Shown here: positions 51,401-64,000 of the stretch, in pieces
Layout: each line of letters begins with the position of its first letter
Position numbering within the stretch: position 1 is the stretch's first letter
Source of the DNA: Magallana gigas
Taxonomy: Eukaryota
NCBI RefSeq assembly: GCF_963853765.1
Contig: NC_088853.1
Coordinates: 16,616,001-16,680,000 of the forward strand
Direction: 5' to 3'
Length of the DNA stretch: 64,000 nt
Notes under the pieces: generated by a model
Told to the model about the DNA's origin: nothing
What the model saw: only the letters and a program-made list of their open reading frames with translations
Databases searched by the model: none
Translations under genes and position numbers: made by a program

Positions 51401-53085
51401 ATTTCAGAAAAAAATTGTGTATCACTTCATTTTAACATGATTGTAATACGTGAGAAAAAAAAAATTCATTGTATCCCTAACTAGGCAGAAAAATGTCTAT
51501 TTTTGAATTTGGAACATGTTTAGTGCAAAAAGGTCACAGAAGTTGTAAAAATATTGTGAAGTTTGATAAGTTGTAAAACTACTTAATTCAATAAAAACTT
51601 TTTAAAAATCATATTATATAGTTTAAACACACTTAACACTCTAACTTAGACTGCTTTTTAAGTATAAATATATTTCAAACAAAAATATATTCCTTATCAA
51701 AGTTGGTGCATATTTTGTAAACAAGAATTCTGGTATTTTTATGTTAATTTGAAATTTCAATAAAATCCAATACATTTTCATGAAAGGAAAAAATGAGGCA
51801 TCTTTATAAACCTGAGTAATGAAATTTTGAGAAACAAAAATAAATTCAGTGGGAACAGCATTAGTCTCATAGAAGCAGTTGCACAAAATTACCCATTTTT
51901 AACATTGAAAATCAAGTTTTTCCATGCATAACATGTTATTATTATTGTAAAAAGACAGTGAGTGACAAAGTTCATGTCACAAATATTGACTATATTTTAA
52001 TACATGCTTATATCTTTATAATAGAAATGCTTTATGATGAAAGAAATATTGATCACTCATCAAAAACCAACATTTTTCATATTTTTAAGTGCAAAAAGGT
52101 CATTTTGACAAAAATGTTGAAAACCGAGTTTAAGTCTGCTAAAACTATTCACAACTGAAAAAAAATGAGCTGAACGTTTCACTATTTGGATGGTCTAATA
52201 TACATTCAAATTATTTTAAGGGTTTTCACTATTTAATGAAGTACATAAATTTGAGAATAAGGATTCATAATGTGTTAATCACTGATTAAGGAATATTAAT
52301 TAATGTAGTGTAAAACTGAATGTATTTTTCAAATTCAATGTATTTGTGTGTTTTCAATAAGTATTAACTAAAAGATTTTTCTTGAAATGGTAATAAACTT
52401 GGTGGGATAATAATATTGAAGCCGTATTAGCTTAAATAAAGAAGATTTTTTTTTATTAAATTGTGCGAAAAGGTCAAATCCAATTTATCATTGGTATACT
52501 ACTGAATTTGAGTAAAAATTAACATAAACAGACTGGTATACAACAATTATTTAGTCAGACTAAGTCCACAATGAATCTAGCAGAAAAGTCAGACATCACA
52601 ACCCACCCCTACCCCCATTTTTGGATCCCCCATACTAATCCATTTTTCAATCTATGTATGATGAGCAGCTAAAATATACATGGGACAGTATGTTTTGTGA
52701 CACCCCTCTCCTTTTAAACCCTATTTCCAAATCAAATCCATGGTCACATGAGAATCAGTGTACCGTTTTTAAACTGTATTTTTTCTCTTTTTTAAAATGT
52801 ATTTCTAAATTACTCAGCTGACTAACTTTGAAGCATGTTGTACATATCTAAATAAATAAGCAGTGCACAAGAGTGAAAGAATACATTTCATTTACATATA
52901 TCAATGCTATGTTTTGACAATTTACTTGGACGGTTTTATTTTATATTATAATATTGCTAAGTGATGTCAGTTTTTGCATGTTAACAGTGGATACTGTTGT
53001 ACTGATTAATATATTTAATTGTATTTACTCAAGATATTGAGATCTCTTTACATACAAATTAACTAGGCTAGTATAAATTACTTTC

Positions 53086-54115
53086 ATAGTATGGTATTAT
53101 TGTACGGCTGCGAAATTTGGGGCTTTGAAAATCTAGATATTATTGAACGTGTACATCTGAAATTTTTGAAAACAGTACTTAATTTAAGAAGCACAACACC
53201 GAATTTTATGATATATGGAGAAACAGGGCGCTACCCGTTGTATATTAATGTTTATACAAGAATAATTACATATTGGGGGAAAATGCTAATAAGCCCCGAG
53301 AACAAAATTGTATATACAGTGTACAGATACTTATTTTCACAACATTTTAATAGCGATTGTAAAAGCCGATGGATTGATTGTATTCAAAGAATTTTGAACA
53401 TGTGCGGGCTACAATATGTCTGGCAGAACCATAATTTTGTCAATATAGAATGGTTATCTGCTACTGTAAACCAAAGATTAAAAGACCAATTTATGCAAAT
53501 ATGGTCAAATGATATAAATTGTTCTTCCAGAGGCCAAGTGTATAAAATTTTAAAACCATATTTTGGCCTTGAGAAGTATCTTGATATTTTACCTGTAAAA
53601 CTAAGAAAAAAATTCATTAAATTTCGTACATCAAACCATCGTTTTCCTGTAGAGACAGGCAGATGGTATAACATTCCTTTGAATGAGAGGTTATGTCTTT
53701 TGTGTAATAAAGGTCTTATTGGAGATGAATTTCATTATATTTTAGAATGTTCGGCACTAGAAGAAATAAGGAAAAAATACATAAACACAAAATATTGGAA
53801 AAGACCAAATTTTTTTAAGTTTTCTGAACTCATGACTAATTGCAATTGTAAATCGCTAAGAGAATTATGTGTATTTATTTCAAAAATTTTTGATGCTGTC
53901 TGCTCCTCTTAGTTGTTTTCCTATTATGATCCTTTATACTAAAATCTAATATGAGTAGTGATTCTAGTCTGTTCTTTTTTATTTATATTTTTTCCCTGTA
54001 TGAAAATGTACCTGTTTGTCTGCACCTCTGACGATTTGTATTTGTATGTATTATATATATGTTCCTCTTATACCAAATTATTTGGTCTGAGTGAATAAAC
54101 TGAACTTGAACTTGA
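53086..54115 (+). mobile_element. 5'-truncated non-LTR retrotransposon (C-terminal part of ORF2; CR1/L2-like clade uncertain)
   Basis: ORF 53091-53912: LLYGCEIWG, STTPNFMIYGETGRYPL, FRTSNHRFPVETGRW, CLLC...DEFHYILEC zinc knuckle; AATAAA at 54094 followed by a short (AACTTG)n tail. Confidence 0.9.
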
Positions 54116-55436
54116 TAGCAAACAACCATAATAGATGAAGATATCAAACTAATAATAACATTAAAATTAAATTAGTTATCTTTAGAAAGTGTGCGGTAGC
54201 AATTTGGAATAAATAAACAGAGAATAAACTCATGCAAGATAAAAATTTATTGAGCATTTAAAAAAAATGCTAATCGATAACATGTACATACAGTGCATGA
54301 TGTACATGTATGAAGACAGTTCATTCAACTTCTCTCTCTCTCCCTCTCTCTCTCTCTCTCTCATGTGGTCAATCCGGCAAACTTCAAAGCATCTTATTTT
54401 AGTCTTGTTTGCATCCTTTATTCATTGAAGATAAATATGCAGATGATTAAATAGTGAAACAGAAATTCCAAGTGATATCTTCTGGAAATTCAACGACTCC
54501 TTAGGAAAATATTAGTTATTTAAATGAATGTTGCCATTAATATAATAACATGCAAATCTAGTTTGTTTATCTGCCATCAAAATATATCCTTTCAAATTAC
54601 TGCTTCACATAAATCCCTGAACTCTCTTCTTGATCTTCTTTCTTATCTGGCACACTTTCACAGTTCCAGGAATATCATGTTTACCCATGATATCAGATGA
54701 TGGAAAAGTCATCCAGATCCATCATGCTAAGCAACTTGATAGGTTTTTTTTTTCTTTCAGCAATCTTTAGGTTGTTTTTTATCTATGTTTTATCCAAGTT
54801 TAAATATAGAAGGACAGTATTTTCCTGAAGAATATTCCATTTTGCACATCTCTAAAAAAATAAAAATAGAGAAACACATGATAAAACAAATCCATGTACC
54901 CTCAAGTGTTAAGATCTTAAAATTGATAATAAATATTGTGGAACACATACAGAGATTCCATGTCATGTTCAGATTAGCATTAGCAAAACTAATATCATAC
55001 TGTTGTGTGAAATTGTTTATTTACATTTCTTGTCACATGTCAGATATGTACTCTGACCGATTGCCAAGTCAATAGCTGCTGTGTTAAATAATATTGGTGT
55101 GCTAAAAAAAAAACCCATATTTTCTGCAGTGTATGTAATATAATAAACTTGTCATTTCATTACATTTTTTTCACTTTTTAACAAAGCAGTGTTTTTCAAT
55201 TACGAAAATTGAAGAGATGAAGATTTAAGACTTAATTGACCTATCAAAGGAAAAAAAAAGTACTCCACTTCTCAAAACAATCCTATCTAAAAATTTTATA
55301 GGATATTTTCCCAATGTTAACCACATGAAAAACTCTATGATTATTGTTGTACTTTCTTTTTACAAAGATTTATTCATGGCATGCAAATCAAATGCGCAAG
55401 TAAACATCTGATATTAAATAATATAAGTAAGAATGT

Positions 55437-55474
<38 letters not shown>

Positions 55475-55501
55475 TCTATCTCCACTATGCATATTATTTA
55501 C

Positions 55502-55821
55502 CTGACCCCTCTGTAACTACCCGTTTGTCAAGAAATAACTTCCTCTGTCGTCATCAGGTGAACACCTCTTGCTTTTTTTCTTTGAGGTGTGGATGTGTAC
55601 ATCAATGTACCCATAGCTGCATAGTTTGTCGGCCGACTTGTTGAACATGTTGAAATTCGTCTGGTAACAGTAATTCATCTCAGTTTCAATAAAAGGTTCG
55701 GGGTGCTTACTATTATTGGCGACCTGATTTAACTTCCAATGGTATTTTAGAGACAACTTCACCAAATCACCGAAAAACAATCTCTGACAGCATGCTGTGC
55801 ACAGACGTTAGCGGCGGCCAT
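55502..55821 (-). pseudogene. Decayed coding exon inside the Kolobok-like element
   Basis: AAACAAAGATGGCCGCC start context, frameshifted reading frames, CAG|GTAAAT donor at 55501. Confidence 0.3.
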
Positions 55822-57494
55822 CTTTGTTTACACTGGTTTCGAAATATACCCGCACTGAATATTTTTTTAAAATATATTTCAGCGTTAAAAAAATATTATG
55901 TCTATCATAAACAGTTCAACTGAATTTATGTGAATTATTTATAGTTGAAAATGTATTGCTTTTATTTTTTTTCTTAGGTTTTTAAGCCTCCAAATATTCA
56001 TTTGGCAAGGGAGGTTACTGAAATTATCGATGATTGACAAAATATACCTGTCTACAATTTTTTAACGCAAGCTTTTCCCACTCATTTTATTTTATCAATA
56101 TAGAGTCAAAATATTTTTCTCATTTATAAAAAACACAAACCCTCACCAATAACAATGTATTGGATTTTAAAGCTCACAGTTTGGTACATGGTTTCAATGA
56201 TTTATATAAGAGAATGAAATATATATCTTCCCGTCCGAAAAACCACTTAAATTATTTTTTCAAACAAATCATCATTATTGTGGGTCAAAAGAGAATACAA
56301 AGAAACTTTTTATAAGAGAAAACAAAAAATTCGTGAAAATCGATGTGCAACGTTTTCTTATATATATTCGCCTGATGTTTGCTTGGACAGCCTCTTAACA
56401 TTCTCCGTTCGATAGTCACTCGGAATACCTCGCACAATTTTTCAACGTTATCATCAGGGCTGTTTTATGGCTTATGCAATGCAAAATCCCCGTAGACTTT
56501 TTATTTTTAGCTGTGTATTAAAACCTGACAAGCTAGAGGGGGCGTTTCAAATGGGAAATCTTAGGATTTTTTCATAGTATTGAATGAACATCGTTTGAAC
56601 CCAGAGGTATTTATAAACATAGAACAATTAAGGAAATTGTGCGGCAAAAATATCTTGGGACAGACTATACAATATATATTTTTAAATCATTCTTGTTGCT
56701 TAACAGAGTAGCGCAGTGGTTAAGAGGGTTCCTTACCAATCTGTAAGTCATGAGTTCGAATCTTGCTGGGGTACGTTTTTAAAAAATTTGAACTTAAAAA
56801 AATTTGCCTATGGTTTTTTTTTTATTAAATATCGTAAAATTTTAAAATTCTAAACCGATGGAAGTATTATAATTATGTTATATTAATTAACTTACGGCCA
56901 ACAGATGAAATTTTTTTGCTTGTCAAGATTTTTTGGATAAGTCTGGCCCTCCACTTTAAAAAACGATGCTACGTGCCTGAAATGTTATATCTATCCGATG
57001 AAGTGTGTCTGTGACATATATGACTTGTATGTCTAAACCAGTAATCCTCACCACAATCCGAGGCAATCTAGTGTTAATAAAGGAAGGTTAATGGTTCAAA
57101 CAATATTTGAAAGATTGCAATATCAATTTTCCATCTCTCATTCCATATATCTTTCAGTCTTTCATTGTTTTACTGTTCTACCTTTCCATATTCCTCTCTC
57201 CCTTTCTCTCTCTCCATCCATCTCCCTTCTTTATTAATTAACGATACAATACAAAGATCGTCTTTTTCCACGCCTCGCTAATCTCCACGACCTGATTCCT
57301 TGCTCCATCGCCCCTAATCGATTGTTATTCATGGAAAGAGTTCATCACCGGTACGTCCTGCAATCCCGGACTTTCTGAATACCAACTCAAAAGATTGCTT
57401 TACTTCAGCGTCTGGAGCTATGTACTTGGCCTAATGAACTACCCGGATGTATCATAACTTTTAAACTGGTGGCCATCGGCGACTTTTTGAAAAG

Positions 57495-57640
57495 ATGTCG
57501 TCTGCTTCATCCGCGGGAAAAGACAGCATCTCGTGCCAATCCATGGAAGACAAGTAAGAAATATGTCCTGTAATGGGATTGTTTACATGTTTAATCAAAA
57601 CACCATCTAATCGATTTTGAGTGTTGGTCTATTGACTGTG

Positions 57641-57693
<53 letters not shown>

Positions 57694-58204
57694 AGCGAAC
57701 TCGCATCTCATATTTGCTATATATATGTGTTGAAGACAAATCGTTAGTTTTTTCGCTTTTCTTATAAGAAATTAACTTTAAAAATCAAATAATTATGCGA
57801 TCTTTTGTGTCATCTAGCATGATTTGCATTCAATCTAATACAGTTATCACATTCACTGTGTAAAAAAAACTAGTTTAAAATTATTTAATCAACTAGGAAT
57901 GACATTTAAAAAAAAATTCACGATTTATAGGCATAAAAAGTGTAAGTGTTCTATCCAAAACGAAATTTAATTTTCCGCTGATGCTATTACTTTGAGTTGA
58001 TTTCTATGCAGGAGACCTCAACCTTCTATACACTGATCAAGTGTAACGACATTTCTGTAAATTATTAATTGTCGCACTGAATTCAAAGAGAGCTCGCCGA
58101 CTCGCTACATTAATTTCGCTATAGAAAAGATTTTCATTAAATATGTATGGTATTATTTATCCCATTCCGGAACTCAAATTAATCTCTAGCTATCGACTAG
58201 CCTG

Positions 58205-58255
<51 letters not shown>

Positions 58256-61200
58256 GCTGAGTTTTAATAACTGTGGTTTTTGAATTGAATTCCAAATCCA
58301 AAATCCCAATGGATCGACTGAAAGGGATGGATGATGCTACAGTTATAGAAAACCGATAGCCATCTTTTAACTTTGAAGAAGAACTCAGAATAAAGAAATA
58401 GGAAAAACTTAAATATAAACGCAAAATCTTATTAATTTTTTGCTTTGTTTTTTTCTTATATAGTTTATAGCTTAAAAAATCATATACAAATTTAAGGTAT
58501 ATATGAAAGGTAACCTTTTGACCACCCAGCCTCTTTAAAGAGAATTAATACGTGACACTTTCTGGGTGGGTGTATAATATAAGTACGTTTAATTCATAAT
58601 TAACGGGTGTCGATTCGTGAAACGTTATTTCTTTTAACCGTCATGGTCGATAAAAATGTTAAATTAATACGTTGAATCTCTGCCATTTTTTGCTGGCAAG
58701 ACATTAAGTGGTGGCCACATTTTGGATCACATTACCTTGAAAAATTAACTGTTTCCAGGTATACCTTCCAAAAAAATAGCGAAACAAAGTTCAAAAGCAG
58801 AATTATGAGGCTAGAATGAGTCGAAATCAAAAAGAGAAACTAGAAAACTATCTCATAACTGTTGGCCCAAGAAAAAAATATGAATCTTTTCACTCTGATG
58901 AAAAAAATATTGTGGGTTCGGTCAATCTTGTATTTTAATCATTTTCTTTAGCAAGGTTCATTTATTTGTACATGTACATCATTTTCGAAACCTTTTCATT
59001 AGAATACTTCTAACAATTAACTTGATTGAATCCTATATACATCCAAGTTCACAAATATTTGTCTATCTTTTATGATTGAATATTCATAATTAATATAAAT
59101 TGGTTTTAATATGCACCTCTTCCCTGACGCAGCTCGAGATATAGTTATGATTTATGAGTATTTTTTCATCTATATACGCGCCCTCTCCTTTTAAATTTAG
59201 ACATGATGTTATATAATTGTGTTCAAATTCTGATTCAAGTTTTTTTTTATAAGAATTATAAAAAATATGCTTTAAAAAACACACAAAATCACCGTGAAAA
59301 AAAACGTAACATGCACGTAGCATTGCAGGAAAATTTTATAAATAGAAAATTTAATTTTAAGGAGCCTCTCCCCCAAATTTTAAGAGTAAGTAAGAATTAT
59401 TTGGGACTTTACAAAATTATTAAAATAGACGTGTAATATAATTAGGTACTAGGCACTACACCCCTACCAGGAAAAGGATTTTGAAGATTGTATTTATTGG
59501 AATATACTAGGTGGGTTTTTTTAAAAAGATTTCACATGTTTGCCCCCCCCCCCCTCCCACTTTCAAATACAATGATATCCGCGTGCCGTTGTAGGCGCCT
59601 CCTGCAAAAGGATATTAATTGTTTGTTGGCCCTGTACTGACGAGTTGTTAAAATTTGAGTAGGCAGATAGGGAATTAATATTTTTCAACGATGCGCCAAA
59701 GTAATTTGAAGAGAGATCTGCAAACAGAGTTGGTTACTTTTAGTGAGTCGGTTTCCGTTTAAACATGGATGGTTTGATCATTGTAAGCGATTCTCCGAGG
59801 TTTTATTAATGAGACTGTATGGTCGTGGGCATTTGATAGTATAAATCTACCTCCACACACAGGAGATGTTGGTGAGTTTTAACTTTGTACGTTGGAAAGG
59901 CAATAAGTGGACAATATGTTAAACTTTGTAATTAGTTAGGTAATTAGTTAGGCAATTTGAGTTAGTCTAGAAATGACGAAATACATAGATCAATTATTTA
60001 CAAATGATCCTTCAAGCAATCTTAAATTAAAACAACTACTTCGCAGTTGCAATTTTAATGGAGACGTGCTTAAGGCAGTTACATGTATACACCGGCAATT
60101 TAAACAATATACACTGAAATGAATATATATCAAAACGTCTTTAAGGGTAACTATTTATTAAACGGATATCGAATACACACACCTAGTTAGGGATTAGCAC
60201 AGTGGGATAATCCCTTAATCAGTCTCTCTCTCTCCTGTAATTTTAGAAGTAAATGCACGTAACAGCGTCGGCCTCGGGGCTTTGTAATTCGGGTTTAATC
60301 GGTGTATTTAAGTAAGGTATAAACGAATTGGAGTACCCTGGGTATTTTGTGTATTGTCGAAGTATAAGACAGCCAGATGTTTATACAAGTATATATTTTT
60401 CTTTTAAAGATTTTAAGTGAATTCGGTTACGTATAATTATCATTATGTGGTTTTATGATGTGATTATTTATCTATATTTGGTAAGTGATTTTTTTTTTAT
60501 TTCTACGTCACGTCTGGTATATCATCCATTGATTTATGGTTTTACTTGTAAATGGGGAGGATTATCTCGATATTATGTACATGTATAACCTTTTATCAAA
60601 ATTGGGGTCTAAAAATGTAGGTCATTTAATTTGTTATGTTCTTTTTCATGAAGCTTTTAGGGGGATATTCTACTATAAGATGTAGTTATAACTTTTGAAA
60701 ATTGATCCCGACAATTCACCCCTGTTGATTCATTTAAAATATTTATGTGAATTTCCACATCGTCACGGATGTCAAATGATGCATTTATAATTCCAGCATA
60801 AAACATATTTTATCCTCAGTGCTATTATCCATTTCAGCGCTAGAAATGTGATGAAAGCATAGTAAGCTACCGTTGTTTCCTTAATCTATGGAAGTAAGAT
60901 AGAAAGCATTAACGACTTTGCTGATTAATTTAGTTCTTACTTTCAGTGAAAAATCTGACTTCATCGATGAAGATTTAGGGATGAAATTGCAAGCAACACT
61001 CCAGCTAGCTCTACAATCCAGCGATTTCGACGCCATCAAAAGTATTGTAGAAAACGACACATTTGACGTCAACTGGCGTGATGTCACTCATGATCTACAG
61101 AGCCTCGTTATGAAATTATGCTACGTCAATCTAAGTGAAAAACAAGTCATTCAAATACTCGACGCCATCTTAGAAAAAGACCCTGACCTAAATCTACAAG

Positions 61201-64000
61201 ATTCGCACGGTAGGACTGCTCTTATGCACGCGTGCATTGGCGGGAAGGAAGAGCTCGCTGATTGGTTGATTAGCGACCCCACGACCCGGATAGAGGTGTT
61301 CGACTTTGACGGTAACTCGGCCTTGTCTCACGCCGTCCGGGGCTGTTCCGACAGAACCGTCAGGAGGTTGCTGGACCATCCTAACGGGCACCTGCTACAG
61401 GAAGTCTATAACAGTTTTGGTAGGTTTTAGAAACGGGATGTCCAATATAACAGACACCTGCTACAGTTTAGTAGGTTTTAGAAACAGACAGTTCATTTTA
61501 ACGGACACCCGAAACAGACAGTTCATTTTAACGGACACCTGCTACAGTTAAGTAGGTTTTAAAAACAGATCCATTTTTACGGACACCTGCTACAAAAAGT
61601 CTATGACTTTATGTAGGTTTTGATTTTTTTATAAGTACGCCCACTTACCACAAACGTTTGTTCAGAGGGGGGGGGGGGGGGGTGTGAAAACATTTGACTA
61701 TACATGTATCTGACAAGCCATTATAATCGATATAATTTAGCACTAAGTTCACGCGCACATGACTTACATAAAGGTGACCAATCATTAAAGGCGTTGGATA
61801 GAATTTCGCTATGTGCATGCTGTTTTCTACACAGCGAAAAAGGTCAAAGGGTTTCATAAAATACAACTTGTGATAAATATCGGGCATTATGTTTAGATTT
61901 GTAGTATTGCAAAAAAGAAGCAAAATGATGCACTGAATACTGTTTTTCACGCTTTGAGGAAAAATATGTAGCAATAAAGTACTTATACAGAGTTTGTGTA
62001 GTTCGTGCCGTCAGAAATTAACAGGTCTATAGATCGCCTTGTCGGTTAATTATGCAAATGCCAGCTTGGCTTCTCTGCACTCATATGTTGTACAGTTTCC
62101 AATTTTAAAAAGCAATCGCATGTCTGATGAGTTTTAAACCGTATGCTATTAGTGATTTTCACTGTTATGAACTGCAATTTTTCATGTCGGAAATTGTCAT
62201 TATAGTCATAGAATTGTAATTAACATCTTAAATGACCAATAAATTGTGGTTTACAATTTTTTTTAGTCATCTAATTGGTTCTTAACAGGCTTCGGTTTGT
62301 GTATATTTATATTACTGTCCTTCTGTAAAAAAAAAAAAATAGGTTTGCTATATGTTTCATTGTACAGAAAAATTTTATAGCATACAAAATAACGATTTGG
62401 GTTATTTTTCTTATTGAAAATAAGAATTTTAGTTACACGAATAAAATTATCACAATTTGGAAGTTTTAGCAGAAAAATAAAAATCTCAAAATATACAGCA
62501 CATATAGCGTAAACAATAATGTCTGTAAAATGACTTTTATTACATGTATTAATAAAAAGATAATCATAAAATTAATGATGTTCTCCCCTATACACTAAGT
62601 TAGTCAATACTCTCCTATTAAAGTCCAAAAGGATTTTAAAATCGGTCATATTCTCTTTAGGAAATACGTACATGCAAATCTGTAGAACAAAAATTAAGTT
62701 AAATTTGAGCCAATGGTCTAAAATAAAGATAATATACGTTTGATTTTTAGGAAGTCAGAAGGATACAATTTGATTTTTAAAAATAAAAACCATATCATTT
62801 TCTTTTATTATTCATGTTAATGGATGAAGTTTAACAAATGGTTAGAATGTAGCATTTAAACACTTCAGGCTTAAAAAAAAATTGTGTGTTTAGGGTAACC
62901 CGACCTAACTAAACTACATAAATGCCCCGATCCTACCATTAGATGTTTGTTTTTATCCGATTGTGATTTTCTTATTATTTCCATTAAAAAACATTTTTTT
63001 AAATATGACATATTCTTAGGATTTTATATTTGTATTTGTGCCCACATGCAGAAAAAAATATATGAAATAAAAACCATACCTACCTATAACCTTAGTCTAT
63101 CATCAGTGCGTGAATTCAACAAACATTTACTAGTATTTCTGTATATTTCTATTGACAGATCAATTATGTTTTCATAATTTCGTCACATAAGAACATAGCA
63201 CTTAGAATTAACGCATTCTCAACCACATTCTTATAATTTATTCCATTTCATAAGTAAATTTTTCAAATTATTCATTCTTGTTTGATAATAAAGAAAGACC
63301 CTGTATGATTTCGATTTTAGTTAAATGATTGAAACTAATTATATTTTTCATTAAAAAAAAGCAGTGACTCATGTATATTTACTAGCATACTTTTATCTTC
63401 ATCTTGATTTGTAGGACAAAGGCCTATTGAGATAGCAGAAAAACTCGAAAGCAAAGATATTTTTAATTTGTTGGCATCATATCAAAACCAAACCAAGCGA
63501 GGAGAATCCCCAAGGAAGAAATTCGTACTTCCGCCTGCCTTCTCGCCTCAAAACGAGACTGCTTTAAGAATGGCTGCCAATAAAAATACTTCCATGAGCG
63601 ATGTGGACAAATTAACACCGCGGTCCACATATATTGATGACGAAACACCCAATCTGTATCTGACGTCATCAAAATTGAGTAGAAAGAAGCATAGAAGGTC
63701 GATTGATAGTTTAAGTGTAGAGACTTCGCTTCTTCCAGCGATAAAACCTACAAGTAAAAAGTGTGCGCAAATAGGAACGCCAAGGGACCATAAAGACAAA
63801 CTGAGCGTAGACTCAAAACAAAGGGAAAGGCGGAACTCTATTTCACTTCCGGATCTTCGGGATTCCCCTGGAGGTTTAGTGGCATCCGGCGGAAATAGTC
63901 CTTATGGGAACGACGATGATTATTCGTCAGACTCAGATTTTAGTGATGACGCTATTGTTGATCTCTGTTCGCTTGACAAACCAATGGACCGGGTAGTCAA
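57495..64000 (+). CDS. Ankyrin-repeat protein (N-terminal ankyrin repeats plus Ser/Asp-rich disordered C-terminus, loosely ANKRD34/63/33-like); incomplete at window end
   Basis: Exon 57495-57553 (MSSASSAGKDSISCQSMED, donor GTAAG, phase 2), exon 60947-61419 (DPDLNLQDSHGRTALMHAC...DFDGNSALSHAV...VRRLL, phase 1), exon 63415->64000 (GQRPIEIAEKL...RRNSISLPDL..., open to the end). Phases match across both introns. The first exon is inferred. Confidence 0.8.
57641..57690. repeat. (TC)n microsatellite; others at 54329-54362, 55438-55478, 58207-58252
   Basis: Direct reading. Confidence 0.9.
61388..61625. repeat. Degenerate tandem repeat derived from the ankyrin-gene exon end and donor
   Basis: CACCTGCTACAG...GTAGGTTTT recurs 4 times. 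Confidence 0.75.

Larger units (their letters stand above)
51350..56394. mobile_element. Kolobok-like DNA transposon derivative (~5.05 kb including a LINE insert)
   Basis: TTAA|GAGGCTGTCCAAGCAAAATTCAGGC...GCCTGATGTTTGCTTGGACAGCCTC|TTAA; 25-bp TIR with 2 mismatches, RR..YY termini. No transposase recognised. Confidence 0.75.
51122..56667. mobile_element. Outer TA-flanked TIR element (~500 bp of its own sequence) interrupted by a 5-kb insertion
   Basis: TA|TAGTCTGTCCCAAGATATT...AATATCTTGGGACAGACTA|TA. Confidence 0.75.

Overview
AT-rich eukaryotic genomic DNA, most likely an oyster (Crassostrea/Magallana). That assignment is inferred from a Cg170-like ~165-bp satellite inside a Helentron-type non-autonomous element and from typical bivalve MITE families. 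Bases 1-46779 carry the 3' part of a VPS13A/C-type bridge-like lipid-transfer gene on the + strand. I traced 52 GT-AG exons by hand; they join in frame to about 2217 codons ending at TGA 46777-46779. A second + strand gene encoding an ankyrin-repeat protein begins at about 57495 and runs off the window. Between the genes lies a three-level nested insertion: a TA-flanked TIR element, holding a 5-kb TTAA-flanked Kolobok-like element, holding a 5'-truncated LINE. The three most interesting signals are: (1) repeated seeding of tandem repeats exactly at exon/intron junctions in both genes, giving arrays of decoy splice sites; (2) several in-frame candidate microexons (3, 12 and 18 nt) in VPS13 introns, one with a neural-microexon-like UGC plus TGCATG context; (3) a 5-kb HINE-spacer-HINE-spacer-HINE concatemer with a triplicated 5' terminus, resembling a rolling-circle product. 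All alignments and translations were done by eye and no searches were run.
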